Positions 12,743 through 24,954 of a stretch of DNA of 61,339 nt are shown piece after piece (position 1 is the stretch's first letter; each line of letters begins with the position of its first letter). Where the stretch lies: positions 1 through 61,339 of the forward strand of contig RBZT01000774.1 of the NCBI GenBank assembly GCA_003693705.1, written 5' to 3'. Position numbers and translations under genes: made by a program. Source of the stretch: Polymyxa betae A26-41. Its lineage: Eukaryota; Protista; Endomyxa: Phytomyxea. The notes under the pieces are model-generated. The model searched no databases. It had not been told where the DNA came from and saw nothing but the letters and a program-made list of their open reading frames with translations.

Positions 12743-13882
12743 ACATGCCTGATATTTTATCACATTTTTGAATGTGAGAATCTGTGGCCGGCGGACGACT
12801 ACAACATCTATGGTCGGAAATGGACCGAGGAATCCCTGGACGAAGCCGCCTATGCCCGAGTGAATGCTACCTCATCTATAGCCATGTTCTACATGTGCAA
12901 ATGCGGGCCGTCTGATGTGCCCGACAAGGATCATAACCTGATCGATATCGCCGACCAGATCGTCGACAGGCGCCTGCATCGTGACCCCCGCCAGAAAAAA
13001 AGTAACCTTGATATCGCTCTGAGTCTTCGATTCCAGGCCCAGGCTTCGGAAATTAATTTGGATGCGAACAAGCTCGAAGCCAGAGAATTCGAAAACGCCT
13101 TTAAGATTTGGCCAGAATGGAAACAGCTTCATCGCGATGCCGTTTGGCCGCTTCTGAAGCCGTATCTGCATCCCGAATCGCCTGTGCTAACGCTCGTCAT
13201 CCACCATACTCGGCTCCGTCTTCAAGAGAAGCTTCCCGAATTTAATATCATCTTCAAGGATTACGATTGGGCAGGTACTTCCCATTTGTATGCCCTATAA
13301 GCTTACTGTTGTTTTTTATAAGCAGCTTTATAGGCTAGTACTACCTTTTTGTAAGCCGTTTAAGGTTTGCTTTTGTTGTTTCTTTCAATAAAAAGTTTTC
13401 TTGGCAATCATAACTCATTTGGTGGCCGTGTAAAGCTGGTCTTTTTTATCCACAGTTTGTTTTCGTGTTTATTTGTTTGTTTAAGCATTAATGGAATGTC
13501 GGAAGCTCAATTCTGTGCTCAATATGAAGTTCAAGCGTCAGCAGATTGTCGTTTCGAGTTTTTGAAACTTTTCTGGATGCTTATTGCCCATTCAGAGTCA
13601 GTGCTACGAAATTCCTTGAGAGTGATGATGCACGTCGCCGAGCCGGGGATGGAAATGTCCCAGGAGCATCTGGTCGAAAAGCTGGAAGTCTTAGGCCATC
13701 TGCACGTCAATTACATCGGCAATATAAAATGGGAGCCGGTCGGGCGTGCCTTGACCTATGCCATCAAGCTGGTCGGCGGCGTGTACTTCACCAAACCGCA
13801 TCTGCAAGCGTTCTGCGAGCTGTTCTCGTTCTGCATGCATTACATGCATCTCGGCATGGAGAAGGGGGCGAAGCTCGCCTGA
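12743..13882 (+). CDS. Globin-domain protein with N-terminal extension (more 5' exons likely at about 12220-12560)
   Basis: Intron 13275-13595 joins LQEKLPEFNIIF (C helix/CD1 Phe) to LEVLGHLHVNY (F8 His), WEPVGRALTYAI (G helix) and FTKPHLQAFCELFSFCMHYM (H helix). Confidence 0.72.
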
Positions 13883-14174
13883 TGCAACCAGCTCTCCAGT
13901 TCTTCCATCTTGGGCTGGAATCAGCGATTACTAATTTTCTCTATCGAGTAACTAAAGTCAACGATGGTACTTTCCGAAACAGCTCTGGAAAGCTACGCCG
14001 GTAAATTTCATCATCAGCATCAAATCTTTTTATTTTGTTAGATGATGACAACGTTATAGAGTCTTGCTTATCAGTACGTTAACTTTGCAGAATACTTTAC
14101 GCCTTGAAGTCAAGCTCTACGTCCCCTTTGGTGATGATACTGTTAAATAGCATTTAGCAGGGAACATGGCATTT

Positions 14175-14820
14175 TCAGGCGTCTGGAACGGTTTGCGATT
14201 CGGGATCCAGTATGGAGAGCTGAATATTTAGGTAACGAAGATGTTCGTCAAACATCTGATCATCGAGATCCTATGAATTTCTTAGTTCTCATGAAGATGT
14301 AGCCTGACGACGCCTCCAACCCTAAACGAGTGCGATAGATGCCGAAGCCATTGATATTCGGTGATATAGCCTGCATCTCCTGCCTCGAATTCTTGCAAAA
14401 TCTGTTGACAAGTTAGAATCGATTCGCATTTCTCCCATTCAAGCATCGAGAGAAAGCTGGCTTGAAAGCTAAACGGTGAAAGTATCCATCAACATTGTTG
14501 AAAAACGATCGAGGAGCGAAATTTTCAACGCTGTGATCTCATTTGCAAACAGAAACATGAAATTTGTAAAATCTATCGAATATGGTTGCCGCTTTCGTTC
14601 TCTATTCCATGAAATCGGGAAATCGACAACATGCTGTTAGCAACAACTCAATCCCGACCTCGTTGATTCGGTGATCGGCATCGTTGAAGCTTCGACACAC
14701 CAGGCGAAGATCATCAGCCTCGAGCTTCCCGCTCCGATTCACGTCGATCAGGGCGAACGCCGCCCGTAACGCCCCGATGCGAGCCGCCCCGTCCCGATCA
14801 TCAACGCCCTTGTCCACCAT
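14175..14820 (-). CDS. Divergent calmodulin-like EF-hand protein (spliced)
   Basis: AFALIDVNRSGKLEADDL EF loop; downstream exons give SIDFTNFMFLF and FEAGDAGYITEYQW. Confidence 0.6.
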
Positions 14821-15160
14821 GGCGCCAGCTGGCTCGTCAGACCGTACCAGTGACGATTGCATAACGAAAGCGTTTTCTTTTTTTCAATTTCGCGGTTTTA
14901 TTTCAAAAATGTTCTCGATTTGTATTGAATTCGATTCGCTGCAGATTTTTTTTAAATTTCTTATGAAAAGCAGGATAAAATCATGACAAAGATCTGTCAA
15001 CCAATATCACGGCTAACATATCAAGAAGTCAAAGCATGACGATTGATGTAAATCGTCGAAATTGCTGAATTAAGGCATTTCGAGCACTTTGAGAGAATAG
15101 GAACCTTTTTCTGAGGGAGAATATTTCATTTTGATTGAGGCCGGGTCGTCTGCTGGATTT

Positions 15161-15418
15161 TTACGAAGCTGGAGCATGTGCTAATGCTGACCCATGTGTA
15201 GTTGTCGGCGTTGAAACATGGCTCGACGGCGCCCTGCTGGCCCCATACGCCAGCATGGTATAGCCGGCCAGAGCGGCCAGGCCGCCGATCACCATCACGA
15301 GCCAGATCAGAGCGGTGTTGCCGCTGGAGATATCGGCCCAGACGGCGACGATCACGAGAATTGTCCCGAATAACGCCAGGCAGAATGCGGCAAGTCCCCG
15401 TCGTTGCATATCAGGCAT
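15161..15418 (-). CDS. Small two-transmembrane protein
   Basis: GC-rich 85-aa ORF with two hydrophobic segments. Confidence 0.55.
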   Translation of the reverse strand: MPDMQRRGLAAFCLALFGTILVIVAVWADISSGNTALIWLVMVIGGLAALAGYTMLAYGASRAPSSHVSTPTTTHGSALAHAPAS

Positions 15419-16279
15419 GTTCGACGTTCAAGTAATTCATATTCGGAGACACGTCTCATATGCGATGAACGAGCTTCGGCCTCAGATCACCATTTGAAGG
15501 TCAGCTTCATTCTCTAACAATCAATATCCGCAACTTTGCCCTTCTTCGTTTACATAATCTGCAATTACATCAACTGTTCACATTCATAGAAGCACGTGGA
15601 GAGATCCTGTTTAACACTCTCCAAGCTTTCGATTCTTGTGTTGTACGTCAACTGGTCATGAAAGAAGGGAATCGAAGTTCTGCAGTAACGAATAGGTTGT
15701 CAGCATCTTCCAAGTTTGCGATGGCTGTGTACGATCTGCCATTTGGGAAGAGATTCAGCTGTGAGATGTGTGAAAGAATCCTGTTAAATTTGCAATTTTG
15801 TAATACGCTGGCCCAACCTTTTCTGATGGGAAAGCTACAAACTCATACAGAGTCGTAGGAAAGGAAACTTTCAGCATTCAAAGTCGCGATTTCATTCCAC
15901 ATTTACATCAGAGGTTTATTTGAAGGGATTGAATGGAGATCTTGGCGAGTTCAGCATTGCTGAAAAGCCACGAACCCATGCAAGACCTTATAAACATACA
16001 ATCCTGTGTAGACATCCTGTGAATCGCGAATTTGCTTTTCGCTTCTTATTTGCAATACATGTGCTGTTCATCTGTAGAAAGAACGAAGGCGCTTCTGTGA
16101 AGCTTGTCTAAGCATTCTTCAAGTCTAGAATCCGTTCTACGAATAGTTTACACAAGCTGCATTTCCTTCAGTTGCAAATTTGTAAAAAACACATTACGTC
16201 AAAATCTTGCCGATGCATTTAGTAAATTGTTGTAAATGGTCAAATACAGAATTTCTGGAACATTCGCAAAGCGGTTGGG

Positions 16280-19200
16280 TTAGACTGATATCGAGACGGG
16301 ACCTCCAAGACGAACACGCCTGAATAGTTTCCAAGCAATGCCTGCGGCAGATAAGACGCCCACGGTCACCCCCGATGACATTACGATGGTTTTCCAGCAA
16401 CAGCACTTATGGCTTACAGCTTTGGTATGTTTCGGGTCGGATTGCTGATGATGATGACAGGACTTATCGTCGGCAACAACCTTCAGCGCAAGCAAACTCT
16501 TTTCAGCTTTAGTTTCTTCAACAGTTGCCTGTTCTTCCTCATGTCTTGAAACAGAGCCGTCAGAAACAGAACTTTTTTCTTGATTAGTTTCTGAGGGCGA
16601 AGCTTCGATTTGCTGATGTCTTGAGATCGAGCGGCCAGAAACAGAATCAGCCTTAGCTTGAGCTTCTGACTGAAGATATTCATCGTCCAGATTTTTTGTT
16701 GTTGTTGAACCATCAAGATCAGAATCTGACTCAGCGATAGCTTCTGTCTGAGAAAGGGACCGGCGACATGTTAGGTTAGCGTGCATCACGGCCATAGCAG
16801 GATGCGAGCGAATCTTGATAGGATTGACAGCTGTCCAGTGGGTTTTTTCGCTTTGGTCAATCTTGCAGTCTTGGTCAGCCATTTCGGAATTAGAGAAGGC
16901 AGGAGGGATTGATTTCATTGGATTCTGAGGAGGCCGGAAACGTCTTGGCTTCGATGACGCTTCTTTGACACAGTCTTGAGCAGATTGAGGACCAGCTTCG
17001 ACGGGCTCAGCATCGGGAACAACAGGACTTGAACACAGAACGTCAAGAGCACTTTCTTTGGTCAGCGAGGCTGAATTAGAATGATCATTCGCCGGCAGCA
17101 GATCGCACTCGTTGTCGTTCTGGTTGCTTGCATTCGCCGAATCGGAAGCATCACCCTCAGTTAGGTTCCTTTCCACAAACTGCTCGGAATGATGAGAAGC
17201 AACCTTGGCCGATACCAAAATCGCATCCAATGCTGGCAGGTCCATTTCTCCAGTCTTCATTTGCTGCACGCTGCTGAAGAAGTTGTCATCGTCATCATCA
17301 GCTAACGGGTTGTTGTAGATTTTCATTGAAGATTGAGAAGACGCAGAGCATTCAGGAACTTCGTTGGTTTGATCGGCGAATTCCTCATCTGAATCATAAG
17401 CAAAGGCGGAGACAGACTGAGAAGGTAAAGAAGAGCTTGGAGCCTGGATTGTTTCATTCCGGGTATACCTGAAGGGGGCCTTCTTATCAAGTATAGACGA
17501 ACTTGGAAGCTCGTTTGCTTCATCGCGGGCAGAGCTGATCGGAAAGGAAGGAGAACCGGAGACCTCCAACGATCGACTTTCAAAGCTGGAAGGAACTTCG
17601 ACTGAGTTTGAAACTTTAGCATCCCGAGATGCATTACCAGCGAAATTGTTAGGGATAAGATGCTCTGGCATTGGAAATTAAAAACTGTAATGTGAAGAAA
17701 TTGGTAAAATTACCATCAGAAACGAAAGCTGATCTGCTTGACTCTTTGGAAATCTTTACATCATCGTCAGGCGAATCAAGAACTTCTGTCCTTTGGAAAA
17801 GCAAAATCGGCTCTGAGCACTGGTTCTCAGAAGTGACAGCAGAATCCTGAGCAGCAAAAGCAGGCTCTTCAATCACAGAAGCGTAATCAGCAAGACCCTC
17901 AAACGGACGAGCAGGAGCAGCATGGTCGTCAATTGAAGGAGTGGAAGGCTGCATCGGAGACGCCAAAGAAGCAGCATCATCCATTTCAAGACTTGGTTCA
18001 TCAGGAATTGAGCCCAGCTTGCCGTCTGAATCGATAGAGTTGGAATCATTCGCAAACGAAGAAGAATCGTCAGAAAGCGAATGGAGCGAGGCGGAACCAC
18101 TCTGCAAAACTTGAAGCCTTTCATTGGCGCGATTATACGAATCTTGCAAATAAGCGTCACGCAAGACGGTCGTAGGCGACGGAGGAAAGGAATCAAAACT
18201 GCACGAATCGGAAGATTCCGAAGCAGGTTTGGCTTTCCGCTTTGGAATCCTAAAGACAAGATTCAGATTGAACATTTGAGCAAATTTTCAAAAGACGAAC
18301 GCGCTTGCTTTTGAAGGCTTTGGCGAAGATTTGGCGAAACTCGAGATGGACGATTTCGAACTTGCTGTGGTCCGGCTGGAAGGAGCCGGTTTTCTTACTG
18401 GCTCTTTTGGAGGTCTGATGAAGCAGTTAGAAGCAGTTGAGCAGCAGCTGGAGCGGTCTCGTACCGAGGTTGAGCTGATAATGGAACGCCAGGAAACTAT
18501 ATTAACAACTTTCAGACGCGAATAAAAGTTTCTGTTATTGTTACCAGATTGGAAAGTTCTGTCACTGAGTTCTTAATCAAGACTTTTAACCAGCCTTCTG
18601 CCGGAGACTACACAGATAATTAAATCAGAAATCAAACACTGGCTACGAAACTTTAACTCGAATATTGAAGATTCGATAACTTTCAAAGAGCCAAATGAAA
18701 CTTTAAAGAAAGAAGATGTAGATGAGCTTACAGGTTTCGGAAAGCGTTTCGATTTGATGCTGCGAATGATCTCCTACGAAGACAGTTATTTTAATGCATC
18801 CGAATCCATTTGAGAAGCAATTACGGCGATCTCATATTTCTCGTCTTCTGTGTAGCAAAGTTGCTGCGGCTTCAAGGGTTTCAGATCCTTCCACATGCTC
18901 TAATAAAAGAATACGTTAGCAATCCCATAAGCAAAAAAAAACTGCATGAACTTTCCTGAAACAAATAACGTGCACAATTGTTTCTCAAACGAAGCCATGA
19001 ATGTGAAACGTTTCTGGCCAAAAGCTAAAAATAGCAAAGCATGCTAAAAATAGAACAAGATCTACGAATTTCGAAGGAGAAATTCAACAAAGAGGCTGTT
19101 TCAGAATCGAAAGATAACGAACCTGGAATAGACGTTCGACACGGCCTTGATTCGTCCATTTCACGTTTTCAAGATTTGAAAAGATTTTGTTCAGTTCATC

Positions 19201-19325
19201 GATCACAGGCTGTCATGCAATGAGCAACATTGCCCTGGGCGCGCACACCAGCATCCTACCTTATTCGGGGATGGAGCTCCTAAAGCGCAGCATGCCAACG
19301 CTACGAGGACGACGACCAGAGACAT
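16280..19325 (-). CDS. Large Ser/Asp-rich, largely disordered protein with C-terminal TM and probable N-terminal signal peptide (multi-exon)
   Basis: Long S/D/E-rich exons 16280-17670 and about 17720-18250; C-terminus CCCWKTIVMSSGVTVGVLSAAGIAWKLFRR. Small upstream exons lead to MSLVVVLVALACCALGAPSPNK|gtagga; 5' linkage uncertain. Confidence 0.6.
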
Positions 19326-20203
19326 TTGTAGATGCTCGGAAAAACTCTCAAGATGGATTGAAGCGAGATCATGGCGAGACAACGCCGCAGCCCGCGGATC
19401 AAGATGAAAAGGGATACTGCACAACGAAGGCTGCGCTGCTGTTGTAATCTACCAAGGCTGACAGAGAGGGCTTGCCGCAGGCGGTTTCTGGCATCTGGTT
19501 AACCAATACCCCTATGGAGGTCGAATCGTCGGGTCCCGCAATGGGGGTGTTAAGTGACTTAATTGCATCGATTCCGTTGGCTTAAGGACAGGAGATCAAA
19601 GGAAGTGGTACTTAATGACCAAATATAGATTTCGTGTTACGAATAAGAGAAAGACTACCGATGATTAAGAGAAAAGTTCTTGGGAAGCGGGGGCGTTTTG
19701 AATCAACTTTCGGTTCGACTGAAGAGGCAGGCAAGGATATCTGGCTGCTTAGAAACCGATACAGATACATTTCAAAGATGCGTTGAGCATTATTCAAAAG
19801 CCGAGAAGCGAGGTTGAAGCACGGCGTTGATCAATATCAGCGTTAACAGAATGATTAATGACATTGAATGTGTTTTCCAATACATCAATTATTTGCTGCT
19901 TGATGATTTCGTTTACTATTTCGCATCAGCTGACGTCGATGATCGTTTCATCACCATCGAGGCTGTTCTGGAAACAATCTTCGATATGATTTTTAATGAA
20001 AATTCACAATCAAATTGCATATTTCAGCAAATAAAACCGCTAAATGCAAGCTTAGAGATTGATCTCCAATTCTTCAATGGTTTTATTGGAGGGATTCCAA
20101 GATTCAACCAGCAATTTGCTTTTGCACCCTGAGCAAAATATCTAGGCGCTTGAAACCAGTCAACCTTCAACAAAAAGAAGAGTTTAGATATCGGCAAAAT
20201 CAC

Positions 20204-22415
20204 TCAGTCTGTGATAACTTGCAATTCAGTATCCTTTCTGCGAACGTTTCGATTACGAATCGATTCGATGTCATGCCGGTATTCTTTCAGGTTGCTTCCA
20301 CGAAGTACATTGCCAAAGGCGAAGATCACGATGTCATCGATAATGGGATTAGGAAGGTCCAACCGCTGCAGCGAAACAACGGCCCTGCAGATGCCTTCTC
20401 GTTCGCGCCTTAATCTCATCAAAGCGGTTCGTAACGTCGTCTCTGCACGACGCCCGACGTCCCGTCGCATCGTCTTGATTTGGACATGAAGCTCTTGCAA
20501 GCGAGGGCCAAGCCAGCCTCCACGCCAAAGAAGTTCTCGAGCCGTGTTGTCCCTTCCGTATTGCAGCGTTTCAAGCATGATGCTGAGGTTACTAGCAGCG
20601 GCCAGCACGGTCGCTGAGCTGTTCAGCAGCAGACGAACGAGTTCTTTGTGGCCCTGCGAAGCAGCATAGCGCAGAGCGTTGTTGTTGTTCGCCGCAAGAT
20701 CGATTCGTCCATCTTCCAGCAACAGACGAAACTTGCAGCACATCATTTTAGTTGGAAAAACATCTTCATATAGCGAGGCTTTTAACGATTCTTGCAGATA
20801 AATATTTTGAAAACATTAAACAATAAGAAAGAGTAATAAACGTACAATAAGAAAGAGTAATAAACGTACAATAAGAAAGAGTAATAAACGTATGAGAATA
20901 TGAGGCAAAGTTAGGTCTCAGACATTCTAAAACTTGATCAGAAAAAGGATTGAGAGTCTGATACGGAAACACAAAATGCAATAAAAAACACATTTTTCAG
21001 TAAATACCATGGCAAGATTGTTCGGCTTCAAAGCGGCGTTCAGGACAGCGTTATTTCTGGCAGCAGGATCAGCACCAGGAAGGGCCAACAAAGCTCGCAT
21101 GAGCGTCACATTCCCTGATTGTGCAGCCGATTTCAATGCTGCCGGAAGAGCAGCAGGAAGCTGACTCAGCATGGTTTCATCACCTGAATTCAAACTTGAG
21201 TTTCATGAATCAAATACAAAACCAAACGCCTCATATCGAAGAATTTGATTCTTTTTTGAAACGGGAATCGAAAGACGAATTCGAAAATAGAAAAAGTGCT
21301 TTGAGCTTACTATGTATTCTCGCAAGCATTAGTTTAGCGATCGTTTCATGGCCATGAACACAAGCTTGAATCAGGGCCTGGAAACCATCTGCGCTTGGAT
21401 CAACATCAGTCTGAACAAGCAGGACCCGAACGATGTCTGAATGACCAGCGATGCCCGCCAATGAGAGCAAAACGTCCATATAAACGGTAGCTCGAACCAT
21501 TGGCACCTGTTCGTAGTTGAGAATGAAGAAGCTTAAATTAAAGTAACAGAAACAATGAAAGCTCTTTAAACCAGACTTAGGTAACGCTGGCCGAAGTTTA
21601 GAATAGCCAAAGACAAAAGCGTAACAAGAGACGGGCAGGCGATGAGAAAACGGCTTCAATAATAATAATAAAGTTGTTAACGAAATCGAGAGAAATATGG
21701 AGAAGCTAAAGATATCGAAGAAGAAATCTTGAAAACGGAAATGACGGGAATCGAAAGAGCGTGCGTAACAAGAGACGTGCCAAATTACTTCATGGCGATG
21801 AGAAAACGGCTTCAATGATAATAATAACGATGTTAACGAAATCAAGAGAAGATATGGAGAAAAAAGATATTGAAGAAGAAATCTTGAAAACGGAAATGAC
21901 GGGAATCGAAAGAGCGCCGTAACAAGAGATGTGACAAATCACTTCATGGCGATGACAAAACGGCTTCATCGATAATAATAAATCGAAGAAGAAATCTTGA
22001 AAACGGAAATGAAGGGAATCGAAAGAGCGCCCTAAAGCCAGTATTGTGCTACCTTCAAAAGTAACAAAACAATGTTTGTATGCCCGTTAGCGCATGCCTC
22101 TCTAATCGCTTCATTATCACAGCTGATGGCATCAACGCTGCTATGCTGAAGCAGAACTTCCACGACGCCGACATGGCCGAAACTACAAGCGCCTCGAAGA
22201 GCAGCTTGCGGTCCATCTGCTGTCCAGAACGGAGCTGGCGACGACCCGGTCCAGCCCGCATCGACCCGAACTCGAGAGTCGGTTAGCAGCAAGAAGATAG
22301 TATCAAGATCGCCACAAACAGCAGCTTCAATAAATGCGTTGTTTAAGCGATCATTGTCGATGGTGGTGGCCGCGAAGGGAACCACCAACGGCAACGCCTC
22401 GACTTCCATCGACAT
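20204..22415 (-). CDS. Ankyrin-repeat protein (at least 4 exons)
   Basis: Repeats ALRGACSFGHVGVVEVLL, DNEAIREACANGHTNIVLLLL, ALIQACVHGHETIAKLML, NNALRYAASQGHKELVRLLL. Confidence 0.85.
20821..20892. repeat. Intronic 24-bp tandem repeat x3
   Basis: (caataagaaagagtaataaacgta)3. Confidence 0.9.
21620..22030. repeat. Intronic imperfect tandem triplication (about 110-155-bp unit)
   Basis: aagaagaaatcttgaaaacggaaatga.gggaatcgaaagagcg recurs near 21718, 21873 and 21986; gcgatga.aaaacggcttca recurs near 21639, 21795 and 21948. Confidence 0.85.
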
Positions 22416-22740
22416 TGTTTTACAACAGGCACGCGTTCGTGGCACGAGCTTGACATTTTCGTTCTGATCATTGCTGCAACTTTTCCGAAATTTTCCGAAC
22501 GGAAATCCACAAATCCCAAAGTGATTCGTTCAAGACAGTTTCGATGCTGTATTGCATTGATAATCATCATTTTGAGTCATTAGGTACCAACGCCTGACAA
22601 CTTAGAAGCAAAGCGTTCCTGACAAATCGATAGACCTGGGTTCCTATTTCAAGTGGAAACAAACATTCGTTATATTAGTCACACCAAGGCTTAGCTACCG
22701 TAGGCTCGAATCTCAATAGCCATAATTTAAGTCACCAAAA

Positions 22741-22961
22741 TTTGCGCCTGGTACGCAAACGATTTTTGTATTTGCGCCTCTTACGCACACTATTTGTATT
22801 TGCGCCTCTTACGCACACTATTTGTATTTGCGCCTCTTACGCACACTATTTGTATTTGCGCCTCTAACGCACACTATTTTTATTTGCGCCTCTTACGCAA
22901 ACACTATTTGTTTTTGCGCCTCTTACGCAAACACTATTTGTATTTGCGCCTGTCGCGCAAA
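22741..22961. repeat. 28-bp minisatellite (about 7 copies) in the divergent ankyrin/Get2 intergenic region
   Basis: Unit tttgtatttgcgcctcttacgca(c/a)acta; ends about 22 bp before the ATG at 22984. Confidence 0.9.
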
Positions 22962-22983
22962 CTTGAATTTTCCAAGTTTTAAT

Positions 22984-23858
22984 ATGGCTGACGAACAGCT
23001 GACCGACGCCGCTGATGTCAGGAAGCGTCGTGCTGCTGAGCGTCGCGCCCGAATCTTAGCTTCGTCGACAGCGCGAATGGCTGTCGTCGAAGGCCTCGCT
23101 GATTCCAAGTTGGTTCGCTCGGAACTTGCTGACGTGTCGCCCGCTCCTGATGCCCTGGAGCCGTCTCTATCTACACAGCCTGTTAAAAGCTCAACATCGT
23201 TCGTCAACTACGATCGCCTTCGACGACGACTTGATTTTGCCTACTATTTATTTTTAATGGTGCTTTGGGCGGCCGTCGGTTTTTCAGGAGGAGCTGTATC
23301 TTCGCTGCAGCTGGTTCTTGTGCAAGCCGTTATCGCAGCATTGTTTGCTTTAATCTATCAGGCGTTGGCGAGGCGCATCCCTGGAAATGTGGATCTTGGC
23401 AATATGGAAGGTTTCTTGTCTGCTGCTGAGATTCTTGTCAGGTTAGGTACCATTCTGCTCTCTGTTATTCGTGAGATTTCGATTGCAGTTTGACAACGTC
23501 GTTTCTTATAGGCTCTGCGTTTTCGTTTTTAGTTTCATTTATTGCTTCTGTTTGCATGACTCAAATTGCTTTTGTGACTGTCATCTCGTATCAAATTGAA
23601 TCTTTTCGTTTTTAAGGATTACCTATGTTTTTTGTTGTAAGATTATCATTGCTTTCGGATGATTTCATTTCGCTTAGATTTTCTCTTGCTTTTCTTCGAT
23701 ATATCACTCAACGTTTGCTAATGTATTGTAGGTTGCAGAGATTCATTGGAGATGTCATCAACGGTCTGGCTGTCGTAGCCTTTATCTACGTGTTGCAGAC
23801 AGAAAATTCCCTTTTGAAGGCGGTTTTCTTCGATGTTCTCGACGACGCGCCAATATGA
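22984..23858 (+). CDS. Get2/CAML-like ER insertase subunit (2 exons)
   Basis: N-terminal RKRRAAERRARILASSTARMAVVEG resembles the Get3-binding motif of Get2/CAML; three C-terminal TM segments; intron about 23442-23731. Confidence 0.6.
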
Positions 23859-24954
23859 TCCATCTCCAGCGTTTTTCGTTGGTATAAAATGTAAATCTAT
23901 TTTAGAATAATCTATCTGGAATCAATGAGCGTCTTTTACTATTGATTGTGATCACCAAAGAATTGCCAAAGTCTCTTATGATGGATAGAATTACACTTCT
24001 TGCTGGTTTTTTCATCACATTTCAGAATCGCTTCTTTGTTTGTTTGTTCGTATTCGACAACAAGAATTGCTGCAACAACTTTTTGTCTGAATTTCCTTTC
24101 GTTGGCTGTTAAGGGAATTCTCTTCGGACGGTCACGCGCAGGACTTATTTTCGACTTCAGCTGTTATAAACCTTTTCCAGCTTTCCAGGTTGGTCGCCTC
24201 GATAGAGTCTCTTTCTACCGGCTTGGTTTCGACATCTCCCGTTATATGAATGCTGTTTCATGTTGATGACTTTGATCGTGATAGGGTTTCTGAGACACCA
24301 ATGATCAGCATGGTAACAGCTCGGTTTGCTGCTAATTATCCAGACGACCCGATTCTCGTCGAATGTTTCATCAAGGTCTTTAGACACTGTTTCGATTTCC
24401 TATAGGCTGTATCAGGCGGTGGGACAAAGCAAGCGAACTCTCCCTTCTAACGAACATAATGTTCGACACTCCGAGGCAGCGCCTTATTCATCTGCAAATT
24501 CTCTTCTTTTGATCGTAGTTTACGCCACCCGGTATTTCCGGCTCATTCGAGAGGAAAACCCATCGAAGAGATTGCCAATTGATTCGTTTTTCATTCGCGA
24601 TCGAGCGGCTAAGCGCTTCGATTTGCGCAGAGCCTAAGCCCTAACGTGCTCTGCTGATTGCAACCGATTATACGAAACTCATTGCATTCGAGCTGCTTGC
24701 CACTAAACGGTCTTGCAAGGAGAGAATCAGCTCGCTGTACTATCCAGAAACAGGCTATTGTTCGTCGTTCCAGACTATACGAGGCCGAATTGAACCGTCC
24801 GAACAAACTTAGGTAGGTCTAGCAGATCGAATCCATTTCGCCACAAATGTGATCAAGTTATGCCAATTTACGTTACGCAAAAGTTAGGAAAAAAAATGAC
24901 AAAATATTTGCGTCCATGTTGGCCGCTGTCTGCGACAGATGTTCGGACGAATGA

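Noticed and set aside
19203-19325. 40-aa secreted Cys-rich toxin-like peptide
   Set aside because: The Cys-rich part follows a strong AAG|GTAGGA donor and ends at a CAG acceptor, so it is probably intron.
19600-20130. Stop-codon reassignment suggested by a stop-riddled frame here and by the alpha-kinase stop
   Set aside because: Intact genes end in TAA, TAG and TGA and have no internal stops; decay explains these cases.
22741-22961. CRISPR-like 28-bp repeat array
   Set aside because: Units are head-to-tail with no unique spacers, there are no cas genes, and the context is eukaryotic.
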